Assembly (NCBI GenBank): GCA_034521515.1
Contig: JAXHMH010000002.1
Location: 24,379 to 88,378, forward strand
DNA length: 64,000 bases
Source of the DNA: Candidatus Saccharimonadota bacterium
GTDB lineage: Bacteria > Patescibacteriota > Saccharimonadia > Saccharimonadales > JAXHMH01
Direction: 5' to 3'
Shown: in pieces, positions 1 to 8,454 of the stretch
Position numbering within the stretch: position 1 is the stretch's first letter
Layout of the letters: each line of letters opens with the position of its first letter
Position numbers and translations under genes: made by a program
The notes under the pieces: generated by a model
Databases searched by the model: none
Told to the model about the DNA's origin: nothing
Seen by the model: only the letters and a program-made list of their open reading frames with translations

Positions 1-932
1 TCTGAGACCGATACCAGCATAATATTCATAATACCGATGCCGCCAACTAACAGTGATATAGCCGCAATTGCCGTTACCAGATTAGTAATTGAGTGGATGA
101 GTTCATTGGTAATTGCCAGGCTTTCCTCTTGACGCAATATTGTGAAATCCTCTTGATCCGAGCGCTGCTTCGTCAAGGACGTTTTTATAGCCTCGGCGGT
201 TTGCTCAGTGCTCTCAGAATCTTCTGACATCGCCAGCATTTGATAAATATGCATACTGCCGCCCATTAGTTCTTGTCCAACGTGGTAGGGGATGAATATT
301 GCATTATTATAATCCGCACCGGCCAACAGCGGTGTTGCGCCGGGAAACTCGCTGAATACACCCCTAACTATGAATTCACGGTCACGAACCTCTAGCGATT
401 TTCCGGTTGGCACGTTCTCGCCAAACAATTGCTCGGCGACAGTTTTGCCGATTATGGCAGTGTTATCCCGCGAATCTTCAGAGAAAAAACCGCCATACTC
501 AACCGGTTGGCTTAAAACGGTTGGCGCACCAGGTGTGGTAGCAATAACCCGCGCTTCCGGATAGCTACGCTCCTTGGTCTCAGCTAAACCAACTACTTGC
601 CCAAAAGGCACCGTTAAAACAACACCTGGTGTGTTGGCCACCGCATCATAGTCTGATTCTGAGAAAACTGTACTCGATTGACCAACAAATGGATCCAAGC
701 TGGTTATTTCGCCAATTGCGTTCCGCTGTACAGTTGTTCCTGGCAATACGGTAATAATATCTTCGCCGCGTTGACTGATTTGTTGCTGCGCCTGCTGCTT
801 GACGCCCTCGCCAATAGAAACTGTGGTCACGACTGATACGATACCAATAATTATGCCCAGCACGGTCAACAAGCTGCGCCACTTTGAGCTGCGCAGGCTG
901 GATAGTGCCATCTTGATGTCACCGCCAAACAT
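1..932 (-). CDS. ABC transporter permease, MacB/FtsX family (C-terminal part lies beyond window edge)
   Basis: Own translation of minus strand from ATG at 930-932: MFGGDIKMALSSLRSSKWRSLLTVLGIIIGIVSVVTTVSIGEG...LVGGIGIMNIMLVSVSE (N-terminal TM, large extracytoplasmic loop, FtsX-type TM region). Start overlaps stop of upstream ATPase (TGATG). Absent from ORF track because open at window edge. Confidence 0.8.
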   Translation of the reverse strand, partial: MFGGDIKMALSSLRSSKWRSLLTVLGIIIGIVSVVTTVSIGEGVKQQAQQQISQRGEDIITVLPGTTVQRNAIGEITSLDPFVGQSSTVFSESDYDAVANTPGVVLTVPFGQVVGLAETKERSYPEARVIATTPGAPTVLSQPVEYGGFFSEDSRDNTAIIGKTVAEQLFGENVPTGKSLEVRDREFIVRGVFSEFPGATPLLAGADYNNAIFIPYHVGQELMGGSMHIYQMLAMSEDSESTEQTAEAIKTSLTKQRSDQEDFTILRQEESLAITNELIHSITNLVTAIAAISLLVGGIGIMNIMLVSVS

Positions 933-1804
933 CAGTCTTGTCCTTTCTTAGCACGCGATTTATACGATTTACCGCGCTTTTTCTTGGTCTTTGATTTAGC
1001 TTTCTTCTTATCATCCTTGCCAGATATCGCCGACATGAGTGCCGATACCCCAGCCAAATCATCCTCTTCAGTTGTTTTTGGTACAAAATATAGTCGTTTT
1101 GCCATAGCTGGTACTTCGCCGACTTTAGATATTTGATCAGCTATAACCGAACCATCGCGCATAAATACCACCCGGCTGGCGTACCGCGTTAATTCCGGGT
1201 TGTGAGTAACTAGTAAAATTGTGTTGCCCATTTTATGTATATCACTCAGCAGCTCCATTACTAACCGGCTGGCCTCGCTATCTAGGTTGCCAGTCGGTTC
1301 ATCGGCGATAATAATGCTCGGATTGTTAACCAGTGCGCGAGCAATAGCCACACGCTGTGTTTGTCCGCCACTGAGCTGTTTAGGAGTAAAATACTCACGG
1401 TCAGACAGGCCGACTCGTTCCAATACATTGGCGGCTTGTTTAAGCCGGCGAGATTGGGTCATGCCTTTATAAGCCAGGGGTAGGGCGACGTTTTCCAAAA
1501 CATTTAGCTTATCCAGCAGGTTGAAATTCTGAAACACAAAACCAAGCTGGTCGCGTCGCAATCGAGCACGACGCCCAGATGTCATACGCGCCACAATACG
1601 TCCGTTCAGCGAATATTGGCCATTAGTAGGGCGGTCGAGTAAGCCTATTATATTCATGAGGGTTGACTTGCCGGAACCGCTCGGACCCATGATGGCAATA
1701 AACTCACCCTTGTCAACTTGCAAATCAACACTGTCCAACGCAACCGTAGTAGCGTCGCCCAGACCATACAATTTGCTGACGTCTTTTAGTTCAATTACTG
1801 GCAT
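932..1804 (-). CDS. ABC transporter ATP-binding protein (MacB/LolD-like) with lysine-rich C-terminal tail
   Basis: Walker A GPSGSGKST, ABC signature LSGGQTQR, Walker B IIIADEPT; ~60 extra C-terminal residues ending KKKAKSKTKKKRGKSYKSRAKKGQD. Confidence 0.95.
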   Translation of the reverse strand: MPVIELKDVSKLYGLGDATTVALDSVDLQVDKGEFIAIMGPSGSGKSTLMNIIGLLDRPTNGQYSLNGRIVARMTSGRRARLRRDQLGFVFQNFNLLDKLNVLENVALPLAYKGMTQSRRLKQAANVLERVGLSDREYFTPKQLSGGQTQRVAIARALVNNPSIIIADEPTGNLDSEASRLVMELLSDIHKMGNTILLVTHNPELTRYASRVVFMRDGSVIADQISKVGEVPAMAKRLYFVPKTTEEDDLAGVSALMSAISGKDDKKKAKSKTKKKRGKSYKSRAKKGQD

Positions 1805-1989
1805 CTGCTACTACTATACTTGTTTTGCAACATGCACTACAAGATGTAAATGTAGTAATTTAGATTTTATTTAGTTTTTGCGAGCCAATAGTGTAGCTTA
1901 GCTCGTATTTGCTTAGTGTCGAAATGTAAAAAAATTATTCAGATAATTTTAGGGAAATTTATGTGGCGGAGCCATGAACCGTATGGTTC

Positions 1990-2008
1990 ATGGCGGAGAG
2001 AGAGGGAT
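1990..2008. repeat. 19-nt duplicate of the tRNA-Ser 3' end
   Basis: atggcggagagagagggat at 1990-2008 is identical to 2159-2177 (3' acceptor/T-arm of the tRNA at 2160-2249); a further tggcggag at 1964-1971. Confidence 0.9.
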
Positions 2009-2159
2009 ATCGGCAAAAGCCTCCTCCGCTCGCTTGAAAAGAAAATACCTTCGGTGCTTTCTTTTCTGCACTTCGCTACGCCGAACCCCGCTGCTACGCA
2101 GCACGGGTTCTCATCCCTTGCCACATAACAAAGACCGGACAACTGCCCGGTCTTTGTTA

Positions 2160-2249
2160 TGGCGGAGAGAGAGGGATTCGAACCCTCGGTACGGTTGCCC
2201 GCACACACGCTTTCCAAGCGTGCTCCTTAAGCCACTCGGACACCTCTCC
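2160..2249 (-). tRNA. tRNA-Ser (anticodon GGA), CCA encoded
   Basis: Minus strand GGAGAGGTGTCCGAGTGGCTTAAGGAGCACGC-TTGGAAA-GCGTG...long variable arm...GGGTTCGAATCCCTCTCTCTCCGCCA; cloverleaf with anticodon loop TTGGAAA. Confidence 0.9.
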
Positions 2250-2404
2250 AACATTAGCTTAGTATACTAAACGTATAAAGATAACCAAGCTCGAACTTTA
2301 CTGTCTTTCCGTTGAGAATGTAGCCGCCAAAGTTGGCGCAGTATGGATAGTTCTTGAGCGGGTCAGCGTATAGTTACCCAAACCTTTCAGAAAATCCAGC
2401 CTAT

Positions 2405-3109
2405 CTAAGAAATAGTGGTGCCGATGGGCTCACCAGCAGAAACTTTGGCGATGTTACCCCCGTTGAGCAAGTCAAATATAACCAGCGGCATTTTATGCTC
2501 CATGGCTAGACCCATGGCTGCCTTATCCATAATACTGATTGCACCGTCTTCTACAGCTTGTTGGTAGCTGAGAGAATCCATTTTTACGGCATCATTATGC
2601 GTAGTCGGGTCTTTATCGTAAACGCCGTCTACTTTTGTGGCCTTAAGCACTGCGTTGCACTCTAACTCTAGCGCCATAGACACGGCAGCAGTATCAGTTG
2701 TAAGATACGGCCGGCCGATACCCCCCGCTACAATCACCACTCGGCCTTTGCCTAAGTGTTTTTCAGCTAAACGGTGGATAAACTTTTCAGCCACCTGTTC
2801 AGCAAAAATATTACTCAAACAACGGGTCTTTATGCCGTTCGCTTCGAATATGTCTGTTAATGCCAGTGCGTTCATCATAGTGCCAAGCATTCCCATATGA
2901 TCAGCCGTAACCCGCTTAATGCCGTGACCGGCTATTTGGGCGCCGCGCAAGAAATTACCGCCACCAACCATGATTACTACTTGCACATTTTTATCCTGGG
3001 CTTTTTTTATTTCAGCCGCCAACCAGTTGGCTCGCTCTGGGTCAATTCCGCCATCGAACTTTCCAGCTAGCTGTTCGCCGGAAATTTTCAGTAAAACACG
3101 TTTATACAT
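2405..3109 (-). CDS. pyrH: UMP kinase
   Basis: MYKRVLLKISGEQLAG...VVIMVGGGNFLRG...ATKVDGVYDKDP; start moved to internal ATG 3107-3109 (MYKRV), upstream part of the track ORF is non-homologous. Confidence 0.9.
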   Translation of the reverse strand: MYKRVLLKISGEQLAGKFDGGIDPERANWLAAEIKKAQDKNVQVVIMVGGGNFLRGAQIAGHGIKRVTADHMGMLGTMMNALALTDIFEANGIKTRCLSNIFAEQVAEKFIHRLAEKHLGKGRVVIVAGGIGRPYLTTDTAAVSMALELECNAVLKATKVDGVYDKDPTTHNDAVKMDSLSYQQAVEDGAISIMDKAAMGLAMEHKMPLVIFDLLNGGNIAKVSAGEPIGTTIS

Positions 3110-3158
3110 TGCTTTACAGTTTAGCAGAACATACTGTCCCGATGCTATAATTTCATGC

Positions 3159-3356
3159 ATGAACGATGACAAGACCAAACAAGTTATTGAACACCTCGAC
3201 GATAAATTCGCCTCAATGCTCGATACTATTGACACCAGGATAGAAATAAAAGTAAGACAAATCGTACAAGAAGAGCTAACTGAGCTAAATGAAACTATTA
3301 AAGCTACTTATATTGAGATACTAGCTCCGCTAGGAAGCAGGTGGTGCGATGAGTAA
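3159..3356 (+). CDS. small hypothetical coiled-coil protein (65 aa)
   Basis: MNDDKTKQVIEHLDDKFASMLDTIDTRIEIKVRQIVQEELTELNETIK...; fills the pyrH-xth gap, 8-nt overlap with xth start. No homology recognised. Confidence 0.3.
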   Translation: MNDDKTKQVIEHLDDKFASMLDTIDTRIEIKVRQIVQEELTELNETIKATYIEILAPLGSRWCDE

Positions 3357-4203
3357 GTTGAAATTGTACAGTTGGAATGTCAACGGGATTAGGGCAGTAA
3401 TCAAAAAGGGGACTTTCCAAGACTTCGTAGCCCAACATCAACCCGACATTTTGTGCCTACAAGAAACCAAGGCAGAGCAGGGACAGGCCGAGATTGATCT
3501 GCCCGACTATGAAGAGTACTGGCACAGCGCAGACAAAAAAGGTTACTCTGGCACAGCAATCTTCACCAAAATAAAACCACTATCTATCCAAAACGGTTTA
3601 CCAGAAGACATTATCAAAAAATACGAGCTCGCGGCCGATGACTACGGCGACCCAAACAGTGAAGGCAGAGTTATCACTGCCGAGTTTGACGATTTTTACG
3701 TGGTGACTGTTTACACCCCAAACTCCAAAGACGATTTAAGCCGTGTTCCGCTCCGTCATAAACAGTGGGATCCAGCCTTCCTGGCATACTGCAAATCATT
3801 AGAAACCGGAGAGATTCGCTTGAGCGAGATGCACGATACGGCAGCTCATCACTCCGGAAAGCCGGTCGTGTTCTGTGGTGACCTAAATGTAGCCCATACC
3901 GAGGATGACCTGGCTCGCCCTAAAGAAAACCGTGGCAAAAAAGGCTTTACTGACGAAGAGCGCGAAGGTTTTGATAATTTCATTCATGCCGGTTTTATTG
4001 ATACGTTGCGACTTTTCAAGCAAGGCAACGGGCACTATACATGGTGGACACACTGGGCCAACGCGCGGGCACGCAACGTTGGCTGGAGGATTGATTACGT
4101 CCTGGTATCTGAGGCTTTAAAAAGCCGGGTTAAAAAAGCTGAGATCCACGCTGATGTCATGGGTTCAGACCATTGCCCAGTCAGCATAGAGCTTTCCAGT
4201 TAG
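3349..4203 (+). CDS. xth: exodeoxyribonuclease III (AP endonuclease, EEP fold)
   Basis: MSKLKLYSWNVNGIRA...PDILCLQETK...GDLNVAH...WRIDYVLVS...GSDHCPV, full-length ExoIII/APE1 motif set. Confidence 0.9.
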   Translation: MSKLKLYSWNVNGIRAVIKKGTFQDFVAQHQPDILCLQETKAEQGQAEIDLPDYEEYWHSADKKGYSGTAIFTKIKPLSIQNGLPEDIIKKYELAADDYGDPNSEGRVITAEFDDFYVVTVYTPNSKDDLSRVPLRHKQWDPAFLAYCKSLETGEIRLSEMHDTAAHHSGKPVVFCGDLNVAHTEDDLARPKENRGKKGFTDEEREGFDNFIHAGFIDTLRLFKQGNGHYTWWTHWANARARNVGWRIDYVLVSEALKSRVKKAEIHADVMGSDHCPVSIELSS

Positions 4204-4210
4204 CAGCCGG

Positions 4211-4477
4211 TCATTCTAAGCCAATGCCGTAATCACAGGCAACTGTTTCGGCGTTTACACCGTTAGTAACTTTATTAAAACCTTTGGCGTTAAGTAGCTG
4301 CTTTGCTACTTCTGAGCGATCACCAGTCCGGCAATACACCACGATATCAGTATCCTTATCAAGTGTCATAAGTTCTGCCGCGTTATCAAGCTCTAGCAGG
4401 GGTATATTAAACGCGCCAGTCGAGTGGCGCGTTTGGTATTCTTCTGGTTCACGCACATCAATTATCATCTTACTCAT
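4211..4477 (-). CDS. single-domain rhodanese-like sulfurtransferase
   Basis: IIDVREPEEYQTRHSTGAFNIP...VVYCRTGDRS active-site loop; 88 aa. Confidence 0.85.
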   Translation of the reverse strand: MSKMIIDVREPEEYQTRHSTGAFNIPLLELDNAAELMTLDKDTDIVVYCRTGDRSEVAKQLLNAKGFNKVTNGVNAETVACDYGIGLE

Positions 4478-4544
4478 GCATATAGTATAGAACGCCGCAG
4501 TATTCTGTGCTACGATGCGTAAGCCGTAAATTTACAATTAAAAA

Positions 4545-4642
4545 ATATCAAGAGAGTGGCAAGGGATCTGACCCGTTGACCCACCAGCAACCTAGCTTTT
4601 TGCAGCCAAGGTGCTACGTTCAGCCCTTTTCGGGGAAGATAT
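4545..4642 (+). promoter_or_regulatory. SAM-I (S-box) riboswitch aptamer upstream of metK
   Basis: ATATCAAGAGAGTGGCAAGGGATCTGACCCGTTGACCCACCAGCAACC...AAGGTGCTAC...GAAGATAT matches the S-box core (AUCAAGAG, AGGGA, GACCCG, AGCAACC, AAGGUGCUA) with P1 ATATC/GATAT; sits 60 nt before metK ATG. Confidence 0.85.
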
Positions 4643-4702
4643 CAGCACAACACGATGCTCCTTTATCGACCCGAATCAGGACAGATTAAAAGGAGTTTTT
4701 TC

Positions 4703-5689
4703 ATGTCTGTAAAAAAATCAATCTATAAAACCGCCGAGTCAGTTAGCCCGGGGCACCCCGACAAACTATGCGATCAAATTTCTGACGCCATACTCGATGC
4801 TTACCTGGCTGAGGATGCCGACGCTCGAGTCGCCGTAGAAACTGTTGGCGGTCACGGCAAAGTTTTTATAACTGGTGAAGTGACTTCATCGGCCAAAGTT
4901 GACGTTGCGCCGATTGTTGAGCGGCTCGCGCCAGGCGTAGAGCTGGAAACACGTATCGTTGCCCAGAGTCCAGAAATCGCCCACGGCGTAGATACCGGCG
5001 GTGCAGGTGACCAAGGCATAATGGTAGGTTACGCATCGTCAGAAACGGACGAACTACTGCCACTGGAAGTCGTGCTAAGCCGCAGATTAAACCAAGCCCT
5101 TTATGAGCGCTTGCCTCACGACGGTAAAACGCAAGTAACCGTCCGCGATGGCGTCATACAGTCAATCGTAGCTAGCTTCCAAAACGCCCCACAACCTGAA
5201 CTCGAATCAGCAGTAAAGTATTGGCTCTCAAGTTCATCAACTATTACCTATGATCTATCAACTATCAATTTACACATTAACCCCGCCGGCGATTGGCACC
5301 AAGGCGGCTTTGACGCCGATGCCGGACTAACCGGCCGCAAACTCGTGGTAGACAACTACGGCCCCAGCGTGCCGATTGGTGGCGGCTGCTTTTCTGGCAA
5401 AGACCCCAGCAAGGTTGATCGTTCCGCCGCCTATATGGCACGCAAAATCGCCGTAGATTACTTGCGGGAGCGTAAAGCCCAAGAAGTGTTCGTGCACCTG
5501 GCATATGCCATAGGCTACAACCAACCACTAGAAGCAACTGTCACTATTGACGGAGCTCAAGAAGTTGTTGAGGGCTATGACCTAACGCCAGCCGGTATCA
5601 TCAAATCGCTCGATCTCAAACGGCCAATCTACGAACAAACCGCCCGCTTCGGCCACTTCGGCCACCCCAACTTTCCTTGGGAAAAATAG
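4703..5689 (+). CDS. metK: S-adenosylmethionine synthetase (compact, 328 aa)
   Basis: MSVKKSIYKTAESVSPGHPDKLCDQISDAILDA...GAGDQGIMVGYA...GGGCFSGKDPSKVDRSAAY...FGHFGHPNFPWEK; start set at ATG 4703 preceded by AAAGGAG. Confidence 0.95.
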   Translation: MSVKKSIYKTAESVSPGHPDKLCDQISDAILDAYLAEDADARVAVETVGGHGKVFITGEVTSSAKVDVAPIVERLAPGVELETRIVAQSPEIAHGVDTGGAGDQGIMVGYASSETDELLPLEVVLSRRLNQALYERLPHDGKTQVTVRDGVIQSIVASFQNAPQPELESAVKYWLSSSSTITYDLSTINLHINPAGDWHQGGFDADAGLTGRKLVVDNYGPSVPIGGGCFSGKDPSKVDRSAAYMARKIAVDYLRERKAQEVFVHLAYAIGYNQPLEATVTIDGAQEVVEGYDLTPAGIIKSLDLKRPIYEQTARFGHFGHPNFPWEK

Positions 5690-5838
5690 AAATAACATAG
5701 CCAGATACTCGTAATACCTTTGGTTAAAAGTTTCCGCGCTGTAGTAATACTATTAAGGTGGATTATGCGGGGGTTGCTGATAACTTCAAGAATCCTATTT
5801 CAACCTTCTTCGACAAAGTCTAGTGATATACTCCTAGC

Positions 5839-6267
5839 ATGAGCGAAAACACAGAAACCCCTCAGAAGCACTGGTGGTTGTATGTTTTGAAGCTGGAGCA
5901 GGGCAAGTTTTACGTTGGGATTACTTCTAAAACACCAGAAGAGCGGTTTCAGCAGCATGTTAACGGTTTTCTTGGTGCGCAGTGGACAAAAAAATATAAA
6001 CCAATTGAGCTAACCTACAAAGAGGACCTAGGTAACGTAACACTAGAGCAAGCTAAGCTAGCTGAAAATATGAAAATACGTATGTATATGAATATGTACG
6101 GTGATGAAAACGTACGTGGCGGCGACCTAAACTACAGTGGTAAGTATTTCTACAGGTTTGGGAGATTCCATCGTGATGAGGATTGGCAGATCGTGACTGT
6201 GATCCTTTTCCTATCGATTGTAATAACACTACTTTTGCTGGACAAGTTAGGGCTAGTTAGCTTGTGA
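5839..6267 (+). CDS. GIY-YIG domain protein with C-terminal TM helix
   Basis: WWLYVLKLEQGKFYVGITSKTPEERFQQH resembles the GIY-YIG N-terminal motif; hydrophobic tail IVTVILFLSIVITLLLL. Confidence 0.65.
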   Translation: MSENTETPQKHWWLYVLKLEQGKFYVGITSKTPEERFQQHVNGFLGAQWTKKYKPIELTYKEDLGNVTLEQAKLAENMKIRMYMNMYGDENVRGGDLNYSGKYFYRFGRFHRDEDWQIVTVILFLSIVITLLLLDKLGLVSL

Positions 6268-6358
6268 AGGTGTGGGAGCTAAATAGGAAAGCCAAGGCTG
6301 TGCTAGGTTTTCTTCTTCTGCCCTAGCAATAGCTGCGGAAGTAGGGGACAATGAGGGC

Positions 6359-6673
6359 ATGAAGCTTAGAAAACACCGATGGTCACGGGCATACGAATCA
6401 GCCGAGGAAGAGTTGGAACTTTTCTTAGAAAAGCACAACATTCAGGCCGACCGCTGGACCGCCGAGCCGGGCGAAGCAATACCCGGTGAAGCAAGCAAAC
6501 AAGACAAACGGCTATGGTGCGCCGAAGGCACAGTAATATACGCCGTCAACGGCCAGGACATTTCCTTGCAGCCCGGTGACACACTCGATATACCGGCGCA
6601 AATGTACCACGAAGCCCAAACCGGCCTCGGCGGATGTATTTGCTACCAGCACTCCACCGATGCTAAAGCCTAG
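6359..6673 (+). CDS. small cupin-like protein
   Basis: 104 aa; ...GTVIYAVNGQDISLQPGDTLDIPAQMYHEA resembles cupin motif 2 (G-D-x-x-x-I-P-x4-H). Weak, from memory. Confidence 0.4.
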   Translation: MKLRKHRWSRAYESAEEELELFLEKHNIQADRWTAEPGEAIPGEASKQDKRLWCAEGTVIYAVNGQDISLQPGDTLDIPAQMYHEAQTGLGGCICYQHSTDAKA

Positions 6674-6827
6674 AAGTTTGGCAAAAAATCTGGTTGATAT
6701 GAGAGAAACTAGGCTGCAACACTTGTGATAATCATGCATACTTTTAAGTAGGCTTCTAATAAGAAGCTCTGTGTTTACGGCGAGCAGTAAAGACCGTAAA
6801 TATGCACCTAATAAAAGGGGAGGTTTC

Positions 6828-7961
6828 ATGGAATTAACACGTAAGAGCATACAAACTCTGCATAAAAGAACATCCGCCGGGCCTAAACTCAGCATTTACA
6901 TACCGACCCACCCAAAATCCAATAGTGCGTCGATTAACGAGGATAAAACTCGCCTCAAAAACGCCCTAAAAGCTATTGAAAACGACCCAAAATTCGACAA
7001 GCATGCTCATAAAAATATACTTAAGCCGCTTCATGACGTGCTTGATGATACGCAGTTCTGGAAGCACCAAGCTGTCGGGTTGGCACTGTTTGCCGATGCA
7101 AACGGCTTTGAGTTTATGCATTTGCCGCTTGAGCCGACCGAGGCTACGTATATTGATAAAGAGTTTGTCATCAGCCCGCTTATTATTATGCACAGCATAG
7201 CTACTGGGTTTTATGTACTAGACGTTAATTTATCCAGGGTTCGTTTACTAAAATCAGCTCATGGAACATTACATGAGATAGAAGACGCTCAATTACCAGA
7301 ATCATTCCAGGACAGGCTCGCTAACATGGAATATTCCTACGAGCTACAACACCAAGGCGCTCCAAAAGACAGCACTGGTAGTCGCGGTGATTTCCACGGG
7401 CATGAACCCGACGAAGCAATAGCAGACGATATCATAAAGTATTTACGTGATGTAGCTAGAGCAACTGATGCCTACTTATCCGGTCACGACAAACCGTTAT
7501 TACTAGCCGGAACCGAGAATAGAGTGGGTAATTTGCATAAATTTATCCACTACAAGCACACCCTGCCGCATGCTTTAACCGGCAATTTTGAGTCCCACAC
7601 GCCGCAGATGCTGCACGATGCAGCCACAGAAATCATCCAGCAACACCAGCAACATCAACGCGAGGAATTAGTGCAGAACTTGCTAGCAAGCGGCCCAGAA
7701 CACGTGGTCATGGGTCACTCCGAAATAACTGAAGCCGCTGCCGCCGATAGAGTTCAGCGACTGTACTTGCCAATTTTCCGTAATACCGCTGACAACGTAC
7801 GCACCGGCGATGTCCACTCTATCGTCTTGCAACTACCCAAAGCTATCAGCGAACTGGAATCAATGATTCGTTCGGTCATAAACCAAGCCGGCGAGGTGAT
7901 TGCCGTAGAGGTTGATGCCTATAAGGAGCTAGCCCAGCCCAAAGCCCTCTGCCGCTTTTAG
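6828..7961 (+). CDS. conserved hypothetical, resembles bacterial eRF1/Pelota-fold (baeRF-type) family
   Basis: Start at ATG 6828 after GGGGAGG. MELTRKSIQTLHKRTSAGPKLSIYIPTHP...TRLKNALK...DTQFWKHQAVGLALFADANGFEFMHLP...ISPLIIM...GFYVLDVNLSRVRLL follows the pattern I recall for baeRF-like proteins; not verifiable here. Confidence 0.55.
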   Translation: MELTRKSIQTLHKRTSAGPKLSIYIPTHPKSNSASINEDKTRLKNALKAIENDPKFDKHAHKNILKPLHDVLDDTQFWKHQAVGLALFADANGFEFMHLPLEPTEATYIDKEFVISPLIIMHSIATGFYVLDVNLSRVRLLKSAHGTLHEIEDAQLPESFQDRLANMEYSYELQHQGAPKDSTGSRGDFHGHEPDEAIADDIIKYLRDVARATDAYLSGHDKPLLLAGTENRVGNLHKFIHYKHTLPHALTGNFESHTPQMLHDAATEIIQQHQQHQREELVQNLLASGPEHVVMGHSEITEAAAADRVQRLYLPIFRNTADNVRTGDVHSIVLQLPKAISELESMIRSVINQAGEVIAVEVDAYKELAQPKALCRF

Positions 7962-8043
7962 GTATTAAAACTGATATCTTTTACCGACTCTCGGCTATTG
8001 ACCTCTAAAGTGGTTACGTAAAAACTGCTATACTGATGCCCAT

Positions 8044-8454
8044 ATGCCGCTTACAAAAACAAAAAGCAAGCAAAAACAACACCGACAGACCGTCCCGCGC
8101 ATTACGGTACGTTACGGCAAAAAGACTGTTCATTTTATCGTCGATAAGGTGATGATTTTTCGACTCATGCAAAAGCTTGGCAACCGTCTGTGGGGTGTGA
8201 GCGGTTTGTCGATTTTGCTGCTGGGTATGGGTGTTTGTTTTGCTATCAGGCCGGACATGCTGCAATGGTCAACTGCGTTTAGCGACTTCGGCCGTGACGT
8301 TCGTACCGCACCATATCTAGCGGCGTCACTGTTTTTTGGAGCTTATGGTTTGTGGCGATGGCGTAACTATTTGCGCCGTACACTTAAGCGAGCCCGTCCT
8401 ATCACCGGACTTGTGACTCTGACGGTCGTCGGCCTGTACATTGCTGCGCTCTAA
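8044..8454 (+). CDS. polytopic membrane protein
   Basis: Basic N-terminus then several hydrophobic helices (LWGVSGLSILLLGMGVCFAI, YLAASLFFGAYGLW, GLVTLTVVGLYIAAL). Confidence 0.55.
   Translation: MPLTKTKSKQKQHRQTVPRITVRYGKKTVHFIVDKVMIFRLMQKLGNRLWGVSGLSILLLGMGVCFAIRPDMLQWSTAFSDFGRDVRTAPYLAASLFFGAYGLWRWRNYLRRTLKRARPITGLVTLTVVGLYIAAL

Noticed and set aside
646-882. Track ORF 646..882 (-) and other antisense or alternative-frame ORFs inside well-supported genes (e.g. 1221..1472, 2637..2900, 5277..5537, 23376..23702, 41948..42442, 52203..52556)
   Set aside because: Each lies within a longer ORF with clear homology-type motifs in another frame or on the other strand, and none has motifs of its own.
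1974-2270. ORFs overlapping tRNA genes and their scars (1916..2128, 1939..2217, 1974..2270, 12135..12467, 12158..12475)
   Set aside because: They run through tRNA-Ser or tRNA-Leu and GC-rich hairpins, and they have no coding features.
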